A stretch of DNA of 64,000 bases from Nannocystales bacterium (GTDB lineage: Bacteria; Myxococcota_A; Polyangia; Nannocystales; Nannocystaceae): contig JBOEGF010000010.1 in the NCBI GenBank assembly GCA_050633305.1, positions 448,001-512,000 on the forward strand, read 5' to 3'. Shown here piece after piece: positions 19,978 through 28,777 of this stretch. Made by a program: the position numbers and the translations under genes. Numbering within the stretch: the first letter of the stretch is position 1; the number at the start of each line of letters is the position of its first letter. The notes under the pieces were generated by a model. The model worked only from the letters and a program-made list of their open reading frames with translations, was not told the DNA's origin and made no database searches.

Positions 19978-20060
19978 TTCGGATCTCTCATCTGTGGGGC
20001 GGACTTCCGCGCGCGGTTGCGCGGTACTCTCGAGGTCTGCCGCTCCGAGGATGACCGACG

Positions 20061-21317
20061 ATGATCGTTGAACCAACCGCTGGAAAGTCTCCGCCCGATT
20101 CGTCTGCAGACACGATGATGGCCAGTGGCGCGCAGACCTTGGATGCGCCCCACCAAGTGGCGTCGCAGCGGGGGCAGGGGGGGTCCCGGCCAACGACCAG
20201 TCGGATGGGGAGCGTGCTCCCCGAGGTGCGCTCCAAGGGAGAGACACTGGTGCTCGTTCCACGGGACGCGACGCGGTACGTGCACGACCAGCTGCTCGGG
20301 CGCGGTGGCATGGGCGAGGTCCAGCTCGCGACCGATCACGACATCGGCCGGAAAGTTGCTGTGAAGCGGGTACTCGCGGCTGACAACCCTCACGCGGTGG
20401 CACGCTTCATCGACGAGATCCGGACCGTCGGCAACCTCGAGCACCCCAACATCGTGCCGATCCACGACGTGGGGGTGGACGACGATGGCGCGCTGTTCTT
20501 CGTCATGAAGTACGTCGAGGGGGAAACGCTCGCCGATGTGATCGGCAAGCTCGCGGCCGGGGACTCGGCCTATCACGCCCGCTACTCGTTCGAACACCGG
20601 CTCGAGCTGTTCGCGGGACTGCTGCGCGCCCTGAAGTACGCGCACAGTCGGGGTCTGGTCCACCGCGACATCAAGCCCGAGAACATCATGGTCGGGGCGT
20701 TCGGTGAGGTGATGTTGATGGACTGGGGCATCGCGCATCAGCTCGATGCCGACAAGAGAGTCACGCTTGCGGTCAGCCCCGTGCCGCGAGTCGCCAAGGC
20801 GGCTGCGGAAGGCACGGTGGTGGGGACGCCGCAGTACATGTCTCCGGAGCAAGCGGCGGGGGAGGTTGCGGGTCTCGACGGACGCTCCGACCTCTACAGC
20901 GCGTTCACGGTGCTGTTCGAGCTGCTGACGCTGACGCCGTACGTGCGCCCTGGGGGATCCGCAGTCCAGACCGTGCTCGCTGTCCAAGATCGAACGCTCC
21001 CCGGGGTCAGGGACGCGGTCTTCGACCACTCCGCGCAGCCAGCCGTGGCCGTAGAGCTTCGCCATTTTCTTCGGCACGGACTTGTACCCGCCAAGGACGA
21101 CCGATTTCCAGACGCGGCCGAGGCTCTCGCAGAACTCGAGCGGGTGCGAGCCGGCGACTTTGCAGTCGAGTGCGCGGTCACGCTGCTGAAGTCCAACAAC
21201 ACACGCCTGGGACGGTTTATGGATGAGTACCCGTCCGGCTCTCTCGTGCTGGCCGCGGGAACCGGTGCGGCGGTGCTTCTTGGGCTCGCGGGTTGGGTCG
21301 CGTTCGCACTGTCATAG
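20061..21317 (+). CDS. Ser/Thr protein kinase with C-terminal TM
   Basis: LGRGGMGEV, VAVK, HRDIKPEN, DWG, GTPQYMSPEQ. Confidence 0.95.
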   Translation: MIVEPTAGKSPPDSSADTMMASGAQTLDAPHQVASQRGQGGSRPTTSRMGSVLPEVRSKGETLVLVPRDATRYVHDQLLGRGGMGEVQLATDHDIGRKVAVKRVLAADNPHAVARFIDEIRTVGNLEHPNIVPIHDVGVDDDGALFFVMKYVEGETLADVIGKLAAGDSAYHARYSFEHRLELFAGLLRALKYAHSRGLVHRDIKPENIMVGAFGEVMLMDWGIAHQLDADKRVTLAVSPVPRVAKAAAEGTVVGTPQYMSPEQAAGEVAGLDGRSDLYSAFTVLFELLTLTPYVRPGGSAVQTVLAVQDRTLPGVRDAVFDHSAQPAVAVELRHFLRHGLVPAKDDRFPDAAEALAELERVRAGDFAVECAVTLLKSNNTRLGRFMDEYPSGSLVLAAGTGAAVLLGLAGWVAFALS

Positions 21318-21363
21318 TCGCTGGCGACCCTGGGCTTCCGGAGCCCGGGAACCGTGGCGTCGG

Positions 21364-22053
21364 CTACGACGGAGAGGCTGTCGCTTGTAGCGCTGCCTCG
21401 TCCAGCAACACCAGGCGGTTGTCTTCGAGCGTCAGCCATCCTGCGGCCATCCATGACCGCAGCTGCTTGTTCACCGACTGCCGCGTGGAGTTGGTGAGGT
21501 CGGCCAGCTCTTGCTGCGACAACGAAAGGGCCAGCACCGTTCCGTGGGGGCTTGGCTCAGCGCAGTCGCGCGCCAGCGTGAGCAGCATTCTGGCCAAGCG
21601 CTGGGGCATCGTGAGGGAGACCGTTTGTACGTGACGTCCAGCGAGGTGCAGGACGCGTTGCGCCAAGACGTCGAGGAGCTGCCGGGACAGTGTCGGGCAG
21701 CGTGGGAGCGCGCGCTCGAACGCGGTCTTCTCCACCAGGACGAGCACGGTCTCGGTGAGCGCAACAACCCGAGCAGCGCGAGGCTGCCCGAGAAGCAAGG
21801 CGGGGATCCCGAACACGTCTCCGGAGCTGAACAACCCCATCGTTGACGTCCGGCCCTCGGCAGTCGCAGCGACGACCTTGAGGTGGCCTGTCGCGACGCC
21901 GAGGAGGTGGCCTGCGGTGTCCCCCTCGTCGAGAACAATGCTCCTCGCATCGTAGCGCCGTGTTCGGGCGGCGGAGGCGATGATGCTGAGTTCGCTCGGC
22001 GGCAAGGCGGCGAAGATGTGGACGCGGCCCATCGCGAGCGCGAGCGATGACAC
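21364..22053 (-). CDS. Crp/Fnr family transcriptional regulator
   Basis: cNMP-binding-like domain (EGD...GHLKV...GDVFG...PRAA) and HTH LSQQELADLTNSTRQSVNKQL. Start GTG 22053 or ATG 22032. Confidence 0.9.
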   Translation of the reverse strand: MSSLALAMGRVHIFAALPPSELSIIASAARTRRYDARSIVLDEGDTAGHLLGVATGHLKVVAATAEGRTSTMGLFSSGDVFGIPALLLGQPRAARVVALTETVLVLVEKTAFERALPRCPTLSRQLLDVLAQRVLHLAGRHVQTVSLTMPQRLARMLLTLARDCAEPSPHGTVLALSLSQQELADLTNSTRQSVNKQLRSWMAAGWLTLEDNRLVLLDEAALQATASPS

Positions 22054-22170
22054 GTTGTGTTCATAACACGGGGCGGGGATGGGACCGCGTCGCTTCGCAC
22101 GCGTGATCTCCATGCGGGTGTCGGCCAGCCGACTCCTTCGATGTCGCGGCATCGCTATGCTGCTGCCTCG

Positions 22171-22596
22171 ATGCGTACCGGACGATGTCTCTGCGGACGT
22201 GTGACCTACGAGGCCGAGGGCGAGCCGGTCATCGTTGCCCATTGCCACTGTCGAACGTGTCAGCGACGCAGTGGTAGCGGGCACAGCACCGGGGCGATGT
22301 TCTCCGCGGACCAAGTACGAATCGAGGGCCAGACTGCCCAGCATCAGGGGACGAGTGACTTGGGGACGACGGTGACGCGGACGTTTTGCCCGTCATGCGG
22401 CAGCCCCATCTACGGACGGAACACCGGAGCGCCGGACTTCATCACGCTCACCGCCGGTACCTTCGACGACCCCGACACCCTCGCCCCTGAGGTGATCGTT
22501 TTCACCGAGGACCGCTGCGCATGGGACCCTATCGATCCCTCGCTCCCGGCGTTTGAGACCCAGCCCGCGTGGGACCCTGCCGCTGCGTCGAAGTAG
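22171..22596 (+). CDS. GFA/CENP-V family Zn protein
   Basis: GRCLCGRV, CHCRTCQR, RTFCPSCGSP. Confidence 0.93.
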   Translation: MRTGRCLCGRVTYEAEGEPVIVAHCHCRTCQRRSGSGHSTGAMFSADQVRIEGQTAQHQGTSDLGTTVTRTFCPSCGSPIYGRNTGAPDFITLTAGTFDDPDTLAPEVIVFTEDRCAWDPIDPSLPAFETQPAWDPAAASK

Positions 22597-22633
22597 GCGC
22601 ACGGGTGCTGGGACGGAGTGTTGACCGCGGAGA

Positions 22634-23452
22634 CTATCCCCCGGCAGGTCCTGCGAACCGCACCGCGAGCGACGCTGCGGTTTCGTCCTCCAACTCGATG
22701 TCGAAGTGTTCGAGCAACACCGCCTGCAGCCCCGGTCCGTCATCGACCTGCGACTCGGCCACGTCTGCGCCGCGCCGTACCTGGAGTCGCCCATTTCGAA
22801 GCGTGACCCGACCGCCGTCCGAGGCAGCGCGGGCCGCCATCAGCGAGCGGCGGAACGTCGAGTCCGGGTGCGTGCTCGTGTACCAATGCGCAACCTCGCG
22901 GTCGATGCGGGGCATCGGTCGCATCGAGAACTGGGCAACGTCCTCCCATCGGTCGCCCAGCTTTGCCTCGTGCATGTAGTCGTCCCCGAACCGCGTGATT
23001 CGACGGGGTTCGTGCGGGGTCGGTTGCTCCTCGTCGAGCGTGAAGCGGAGCGCGGCGGAGGATGATGCTCGCCCGATGCCGACGTCGGCCAACCATGTTT
23101 CCCCGTCGAGATCGACTCCGACGAATGCGTGTGTCGGCGCCGCCATCTCATCGCGTGACGCGCCGATGCGGGCCCTCGCGGCCAGGATGCGCGCGTCGTA
23201 GCCCAGAGTCTGAAGGACGGCGCACAGCAGCGTGTGGTGCTCAAAGCAGTAGCCACCGCGCCGACGTCGTACGAGCTTGTCTTCGAGCGCTACGAGTTCC
23301 AGCGGCATCGGTCGCTGCAGAAGCACGTCGAGGTTCTCGAAGGGGATCGCTCGGACATGGGCCTCGCAGAGGTTGTGAAGCACCGCGAGGTTGGGGTCCC
23401 GCGACCCCCGATAGCCGATGCGTTCGAGATAGGCGTCGACGCCAACGCTCAT
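22634..23452 (-). CDS. Arylamine N-acetyltransferase family protein
   Basis: AYLERIG, IPFENLD, RRGGYCFE, conserved His and ADVG triad residues. Confidence 0.93.
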   Translation of the reverse strand: MSVGVDAYLERIGYRGSRDPNLAVLHNLCEAHVRAIPFENLDVLLQRPMPLELVALEDKLVRRRRGGYCFEHHTLLCAVLQTLGYDARILAARARIGASRDEMAAPTHAFVGVDLDGETWLADVGIGRASSSAALRFTLDEEQPTPHEPRRITRFGDDYMHEAKLGDRWEDVAQFSMRPMPRIDREVAHWYTSTHPDSTFRRSLMAARAASDGGRVTLRNGRLQVRRGADVAESQVDDGPGLQAVLLEHFDIELEDETAASLAVRFAGPAGG

Positions 23453-23759
23453 CGAACAACCTCGTCCTCGTCGGTTGCGAAGGGGCCGCGTGGGGATGTC
23501 CCGCCTTGGTCGGCGGCCGTTGGCGCGCGCTCGGAGGTTCCGAGCACCTCGAGCTGCCCAGGTACAGGAAGGAGTGCGTGGCCCAGATCGTGTTCGCAGC
23601 GGGGCATGGCAGGCCTCGTATGCCGAGCGTTGCGTACGGTCAAGCGGGCGCTTGTCGGGTCTCGTTGACGCGGCGCAGCCGACGCGCGGCAGGTGAAACC
23701 CCAACCCGTGTCGCGCTGATGTGAACCCGCAGACCGCTAGGGAACGGGGCGGCCGGCTG

Positions 23760-23789
23760 CTGCAGTGTCCGGCTTCCCGGACACTGCAG
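23760..23789. other. Perfect 13-bp inverted repeat CTGCAGTGTCCGG-cttc-CCGGACACTGCAG
   Basis: Read directly; about 50 bp upstream of the LuxR gene, with no U-tract after it on either strand. Confidence 0.8.
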
Positions 23790-23838
23790 AAACCCAAACA
23801 AAGCCTGCAACACCCCCGATGGGTGGCCGACAGGGACG

Positions 23839-24594
23839 GTGCCCATGACCACCGTCGAACACCTCCCCGCACCTGCCCCTTCCCTTGGCGGATCTCGCAT
23901 CCTGGTTGTTCAGACTCGGCCGAGCTCGGTCCTCGGAATCGGCGCAGCAGTCGTGCGCACCGGCGCCCGGGTGAACGTGTGCCGGTCCAGCCACGCCGCG
24001 CTCGACATCATGAATTCACCGGGCAACGCGTTCGACGCGGCGGTCCTCGACGGAGAGTTGAACCGCGCCTCGCTCATGAGGCTCTCGCGGGCACTGCGCG
24101 AGGGCGCCCGGCCATGTCTGAGCGTCGGGGTGGGCACAGCCGGCGACGAGACCGCCGTCCGCCGTCTGGTCGAGGCTGGCGTCATGGAGCTCGTCATTCC
24201 GCCGCTTTCCGCCGAGGCAGTCGTTGACGCACTTGCTCGTTGCGTGGATGAAACGCGTCGGCTCCGCGACCGGGTTGTCGCCGGTCCTCGAGGCCTTCGA
24301 GAGGCGGGACGGCGACGCAGCCCGCCGCATTGGAGCCTGGCAAGCGGAACCCAGCCCGTGCCGCGTTTCAACCCGGACATCGAACAGGCTGTCGATCGCT
24401 ACGCCGTACTCGTGAGGCTGTCGCCGCGGGAGACCTCGGTCCTCAAGCTCATCGCCTTGGGATATCTCTACGACGAGATCGGCGAAGTCCTGTCGATCGC
24501 CAATCGCACGGTCAAGATGCACGCGGCGAACGTTCGCAAGAAGGTGGGCGCGCCCAACCGTATGGCGCTCGTTCGAAAGGTTCTCTGCGCGTGA
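23839..24594 (+). CDS. LuxR-family regulator with degenerate receiver domain
   Basis: LSPRETSVLKLIALG...IANRTVKMHAANVRKK HTH. The REC-like N-terminus lacks the DD and KP motifs. Confidence 0.85.
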   Translation: MPMTTVEHLPAPAPSLGGSRILVVQTRPSSVLGIGAAVVRTGARVNVCRSSHAALDIMNSPGNAFDAAVLDGELNRASLMRLSRALREGARPCLSVGVGTAGDETAVRRLVEAGVMELVIPPLSAEAVVDALARCVDETRRLRDRVVAGPRGLREAGRRRSPPHWSLASGTQPVPRFNPDIEQAVDRYAVLVRLSPRETSVLKLIALGYLYDEIGEVLSIANRTVKMHAANVRKKVGAPNRMALVRKVLCA

Positions 24595-24866
24595 GCGTGT
24601 CGACCGTCTTTGCGCTCGCGGTCACGGCTCTCCCCGTTCCGCCCCCGACCGCGCTGCCTCGCCACTGCGACGCCGAGGCCATCGACTGTGCCGAGGCGTG
24701 TGCCGACCAATGTGTGAGCGCGGAATGTCTGAGGCCTTGTCTTCGGTCTTGCAACCGCGAGTCCACCCGCTGCCGGCGTTCGGTTCGGCGTCAGCGAAAC
24801 CGGTCTCGTCGGAGGCGTCGCCATCGGGTCTCGAAGCCGCGGCGGTGTGCTCTACTGCCCCGGTGA
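24591..24866 (+). CDS. Small Cys-rich protein with Arg-rich tail
   Basis: GTGA overlaps with both neighbours; hydrophobic N-terminus; symmetric 8-Cys spacing. Confidence 0.6.
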   Translation: MSVSTVFALAVTALPVPPPTALPRHCDAEAIDCAEACADQCVSAECLRPCLRSCNRESTRCRRSVRRQRNRSRRRRRHRVSKPRRCALLPR

Positions 24867-25459
24867 GCATCGCGCACGAGGACGACGTAGAGTGGGTCTC
24901 GACCGAGCGAGGGACCGTCTTTGAGAACCGACGACGCGGACTGGCCGCGGCTGCCGGAGGATCCAAGCTCGGATGCACCCTCACCGAAGTGCCTCCGGGA
25001 AAAACCGCCTGGCCCTTTCATGCTCATCTCGGCAACGAGGAGGCGATCTATGTCCTGGAGGGGCACGCGACGCTTCGTCTCGGGGATCGAAGACACGCGC
25101 TGAAACCCGGAGACTACGTGGCGTTGCCTGCTCGGGCCGATGCGGCTCACCAGATCATCAATACCTCGGAGGCCCCCGTCCGCTACCTCGTGATGTCGAC
25201 GAAGAACGCGACCGACGTCGTCGTGTTTCCAGACTCGAAGAAGCACGGAATCTTCGCGGGTGGACCGGCCGGAAGCGGTTTCGACAGGCTGACCGCGTTC
25301 GTGCCGACCGATGCTTCGGTGGACTACTGGGACGACGAACCCTGTGGTGATGCAGAGGCCGTGGCCGAGGCAGCCGCGGCTGAGCAAGAGGCGGAGATCG
25401 AAGAGCTGGTCGACGACGAACTCGAGGCGATGAAGAAGCGTTTGAATCTCGAGGACTGA
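24863..25459 (+). CDS. Cupin domain protein (COG3837-like)
   Basis: VPPGKTAWPFHAHLGNEEAIYVLEG, AHQIINTS, DVVVFPDS. Confidence 0.9.
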   Translation: MSIAHEDDVEWVSTERGTVFENRRRGLAAAAGGSKLGCTLTEVPPGKTAWPFHAHLGNEEAIYVLEGHATLRLGDRRHALKPGDYVALPARADAAHQIINTSEAPVRYLVMSTKNATDVVVFPDSKKHGIFAGGPAGSGFDRLTAFVPTDASVDYWDDEPCGDAEAVAEAAAAEQEAEIEELVDDELEAMKKRLNLED

Positions 25460-25496
25460 CCCGTTTCAGGTCCTGCAGGGGCCGGGGCCCGACACC

Positions 25497-26057
25497 TCAA
25501 CCTTCCGACGCATCTACGCTCAATCCCTCGAGAGCGTTCAAGGTGCTGTCGAGGGCCTTGCGGGCGCGGGAGAGTCGGCTACGGACGGTGTTGGGGTTGA
25601 TGCCCAAGACCCGGCCAACCTCAGGGGCCGAGAGGTTCTCCCAGTACGTCAGCTCGACGGCGATCTGAAAGTCGACCGGGAGTTCGCGGAGCGCAGCGAC
25701 GAGTGCGGCGCGACCCTGATCTCGTGCGACTGCTTGACTCGGTGTGGTGCCGAGGTCGACCAACGAAACCTCGCTGAAGTTCAGCGGTTCCCCGCGTCGG
25801 TACTCCTTGCGCAGACGGTCGAGCAGGATTCGGCGGGCGATCACGAACAGGTAGGTTCGGAAGCTAGACTCTCCGCGAAACTGCTCGCGCCGTTCGACGC
25901 ATCGCAGCAGAACGTCTTGAACGAGGTCCTCGACCCCGCTGTCGACCTTGCTCCGGAAGAAATTGCACAGCGAGTCGAAGTGGCGGCGCATCAGCTCGTC
26001 GCCCGCATCGGTGTCGCCGCTTTTCCACCGGTCGAGGAGCGTGAAGTCGTCGGACAC
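25497..26057 (-). CDS. ECF sigma factor (kinase-associated)
   Basis: EDLVQDV, FRGESSFRTYLFVIARR, NTVRSRLSRAR. Confidence 0.92.
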   Translation of the reverse strand: MSDDFTLLDRWKSGDTDAGDELMRRHFDSLCNFFRSKVDSGVEDLVQDVLLRCVERREQFRGESSFRTYLFVIARRILLDRLRKEYRRGEPLNFSEVSLVDLGTTPSQAVARDQGRAALVAALRELPVDFQIAVELTYWENLSAPEVGRVLGINPNTVRSRLSRARKALDSTLNALEGLSVDASEG

Positions 26058-26090
26058 CGAGACAACACTGCGCTGGGCGAGGATGCTCCG

Positions 26091-28688
26091 TCAAGGTGGG
26101 CCGGGTGTCGCGTCGAGGAGGCCTTGCATCCGGACCGTCTCGGGGTGCTCGGGACCAAAGGCCGCGCGAGCGACGTCGAGGCACGCCGAGTACTGCTCTT
26201 GGGTTTGCTCGAACTCGCCGCGATCGTGATGGATCTTCGCCAGTTCGAGACGGACTAGAATCACGTGCGGATGCTTGGGGCCGATCTGGTCCTGGACGAC
26301 GCCGAGCGCGGTTGTTGCGTTCGCGAGGGCCTCGTCGGTACGCGCGAGCATGCGTAGCGCCATCGCGTACGTGGTGAAGATCGCGGCGCGAAGGCGAGGC
26401 TCGAGGGTCTCGTCGTGCTTCGCGATGTCCAACGCTCGAAGGATCACCCGTTCGGCGTCTTGTGCCTGGCCCGCCTCCACAAACGCGGACGCAAGCCCCT
26501 GGAGCGGGGTGTTGAGGAACGGATGGGTTGGGCCGTACGTGGCCTCGTACTCCTGTAGACACTGCTCGAACATCGCGATGCACCGCTCGTGCTCGCCGCG
26601 CCCCAACAACATGGAGGCGACGCTGAGGCGGGCCATTGAAGTCTGGATGTGGGCCGCGCCCAAGGTGTCTTCGGCGAGCGCGAGCGTCTCTTCGAACTGA
26701 GCGACAGCGCGCTCTTCCTGCCCCATCTCTGCATACAACACGCCGATGTTGCCCATCGGGGGGATCAAGCTGGGGTGGTGCTCGCCCAGTTTCTGCTCCA
26801 TCGCTGCGAGAGCGGACTGTTGGGCCTGGAGGGCGGCCGCGGTGTCGCCTTGCTGGTAGCGAATGCCCGCGAGGACGGTACCCATTTGTGCGCGTTCGGG
26901 GTGATCGGCAGGCAGTGATTCTTCGGCGACCTTCAGTGCGGCGAGGGCTTCGTCGAAGTTTCCCAAGGAGTAGTGCGCCGCAGCGGTCCGCAGCGCGACC
27001 CAGCCACGGCTGAGCGCCGATGCGTCCGCGCGTTGGAGGGCAACACGGGCGTTGCGGATCCATCGCCGCGCCGCGTCTGGGTCGGCGAACTCCGAGGCCT
27101 GAAGCGCCGCGAGTTCGGCCGCGGCCTGGCCCGATATCGGGTCGCGCTCGGCGAGCAGAGCGAGGAGGTAGGCCTTTTCAAACTCCTGGGCTGCACTCGA
27201 GAAGTGGCCCGAGCCCTTGTGTGCCCTCGCAAGCGCGAACGCGTGGCTTGCGAGGCGCTGCGCGTACCGTCGCGTCTCGAGCGGGGTGGACATGGAAAGT
27301 AGGAGCTCACGCGCATCGTCGTACCGACCCGCGGACAGCATGGCCTGGGCACGCTCGAGCGATGCATCAAAGGGCGCCAACTCCAACGGGGGAGGTCCAG
27401 CCTCGGCGACCGTGCACGCGGACGGATCCGGGATGCCTCTCAGCGCGTCGGCCACATGCGCGATGTCGTCTGCTTCAACCTCGGAGAGCCACGAGACGAA
27501 CTCGTCCAAGCCCGCGCGCTGGGCAGCCGTGCACGCGAGGACGGCGGAGTCCTGTGTTGCGCAGGCGTGTGTGTGGGTCTCGACCCAAAGTCGGGAGGTC
27601 TCCGAGAGCGTTTGGTCGAGCTTGAGGAAGGTGCGTCCTGCGTAGGGGAGTTCGGCGTCGTTGAACCGGCCCTCGACCGCGCTCCGCTGTTGCTGACTCC
27701 AAGGCTCCGCGCCTGCTGCTGATGGCTCGCACGGACTGCGTGGAGCGGGGTAGAGAAGGCCCAAACCCACAGCTGCGCTCGAGAGGGTACCGGCGGCCCA
27801 AGGCACCAAAGCTCGCAGCGGAGACCGAAGGGCCCGGCGGAACTCGTCGCGCCACCCGGGGACGTCGGAGATCCGTTTGGCCGGGTCGGCAGCGAGCCCG
27901 CGGCGAAGGAAGCGTTGCAAACGGGGGGGGATGGATGGACGCGGCGGCAAGTCCAGGTCGCCTCCTGATGTTGCGGCGTCCATCGAAGGAGGGCGACCGA
28001 ATAGGACCGCGTGGACGATCGCGGTCAAGGAGAAGACATCGGCACGGGCGTCGCTGACCCGGCCCGCGACCTGTTCGGGCGCCGCGAATCCCCACGTGCC
28101 TCCACGGGCGGGCTCGTTGCCGTGAAGGAGCCTTGCGAGCCCAAAATCGGCGATCTGCGCGACGCCAGCTTCGGTGATCAAGACGTTGGATGGTTTGATG
28201 TCGTGGTGGACGACACCACGAGCGTGCGCAGCTTCGAGACCGTCGGCGACCTGCTCGAGCTTGGGCCCTAGTTCTTGGAGCGATGCGCCACGTTCAAGCA
28301 GATCCGAGAGCGTCCGGCCTCCGACGTACTCCATGACGATGAACAGCTCGTCCCCCTCACGGCCGACGTCCAACACCTGGACGATGTTCGGGTGCGAGAG
28401 CCTTGCGAGAGCCTGAGCTTCCTTGACGACCTGACCAGATTGGGCGTTCTTCGGGTGCAGAACCTTGATCGCGACCTGCCGCTGCAGGGTGGGGTCCCAC
28501 GCGCGATATACGACCCCCATGCCTCCGTGGCCGATTCGCTCCAGGCGCTCGAATCGACTCACGCTGACACCTTCACCCCGCGCGAAGAGGCGCTGTCGCA
28601 GCTCGGAGAGGACCCTCCGGGACTCGACATCCCGTCGCGGTTCAAACTCGGTCATGAACCGAGAAAGCCGGTCGTCAGTTGGAGCCAT
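26091..28688 (-). CDS. Membrane Ser/Thr kinase with TPR repeats
   Basis: IGHGGMGVVY, VAIK, HHDIKPSN, DFG, APEQ, a TM and repeated GxxHP TPR units. Start uncertain. Confidence 0.92.
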   Translation of the reverse strand: MAPTDDRLSRFMTEFEPRRDVESRRVLSELRQRLFARGEGVSVSRFERLERIGHGGMGVVYRAWDPTLQRQVAIKVLHPKNAQSGQVVKEAQALARLSHPNIVQVLDVGREGDELFIVMEYVGGRTLSDLLERGASLQELGPKLEQVADGLEAAHARGVVHHDIKPSNVLITEAGVAQIADFGLARLLHGNEPARGGTWGFAAPEQVAGRVSDARADVFSLTAIVHAVLFGRPPSMDAATSGGDLDLPPRPSIPPRLQRFLRRGLAADPAKRISDVPGWRDEFRRALRSPLRALVPWAAGTLSSAAVGLGLLYPAPRSPCEPSAAGAEPWSQQQRSAVEGRFNDAELPYAGRTFLKLDQTLSETSRLWVETHTHACATQDSAVLACTAAQRAGLDEFVSWLSEVEADDIAHVADALRGIPDPSACTVAEAGPPPLELAPFDASLERAQAMLSAGRYDDARELLLSMSTPLETRRYAQRLASHAFALARAHKGSGHFSSAAQEFEKAYLLALLAERDPISGQAAAELAALQASEFADPDAARRWIRNARVALQRADASALSRGWVALRTAAAHYSLGNFDEALAALKVAEESLPADHPERAQMGTVLAGIRYQQGDTAAALQAQQSALAAMEQKLGEHHPSLIPPMGNIGVLYAEMGQEERAVAQFEETLALAEDTLGAAHIQTSMARLSVASMLLGRGEHERCIAMFEQCLQEYEATYGPTHPFLNTPLQGLASAFVEAGQAQDAERVILRALDIAKHDETLEPRLRAAIFTTYAMALRMLARTDEALANATTALGVVQDQIGPKHPHVILVRLELAKIHHDRGEFEQTQEQYSACLDVARAAFGPEHPETVRMQGLLDATPGPP

Positions 28689-28777
28689 TGTCCACGTAGA
28701 CGCATCTTGACCCGAAACTGATCCCGAAATGCGGAAAAGGGGATCAGTCGAGGAAGCTGCCGCGTCTAGCCCCCTCG

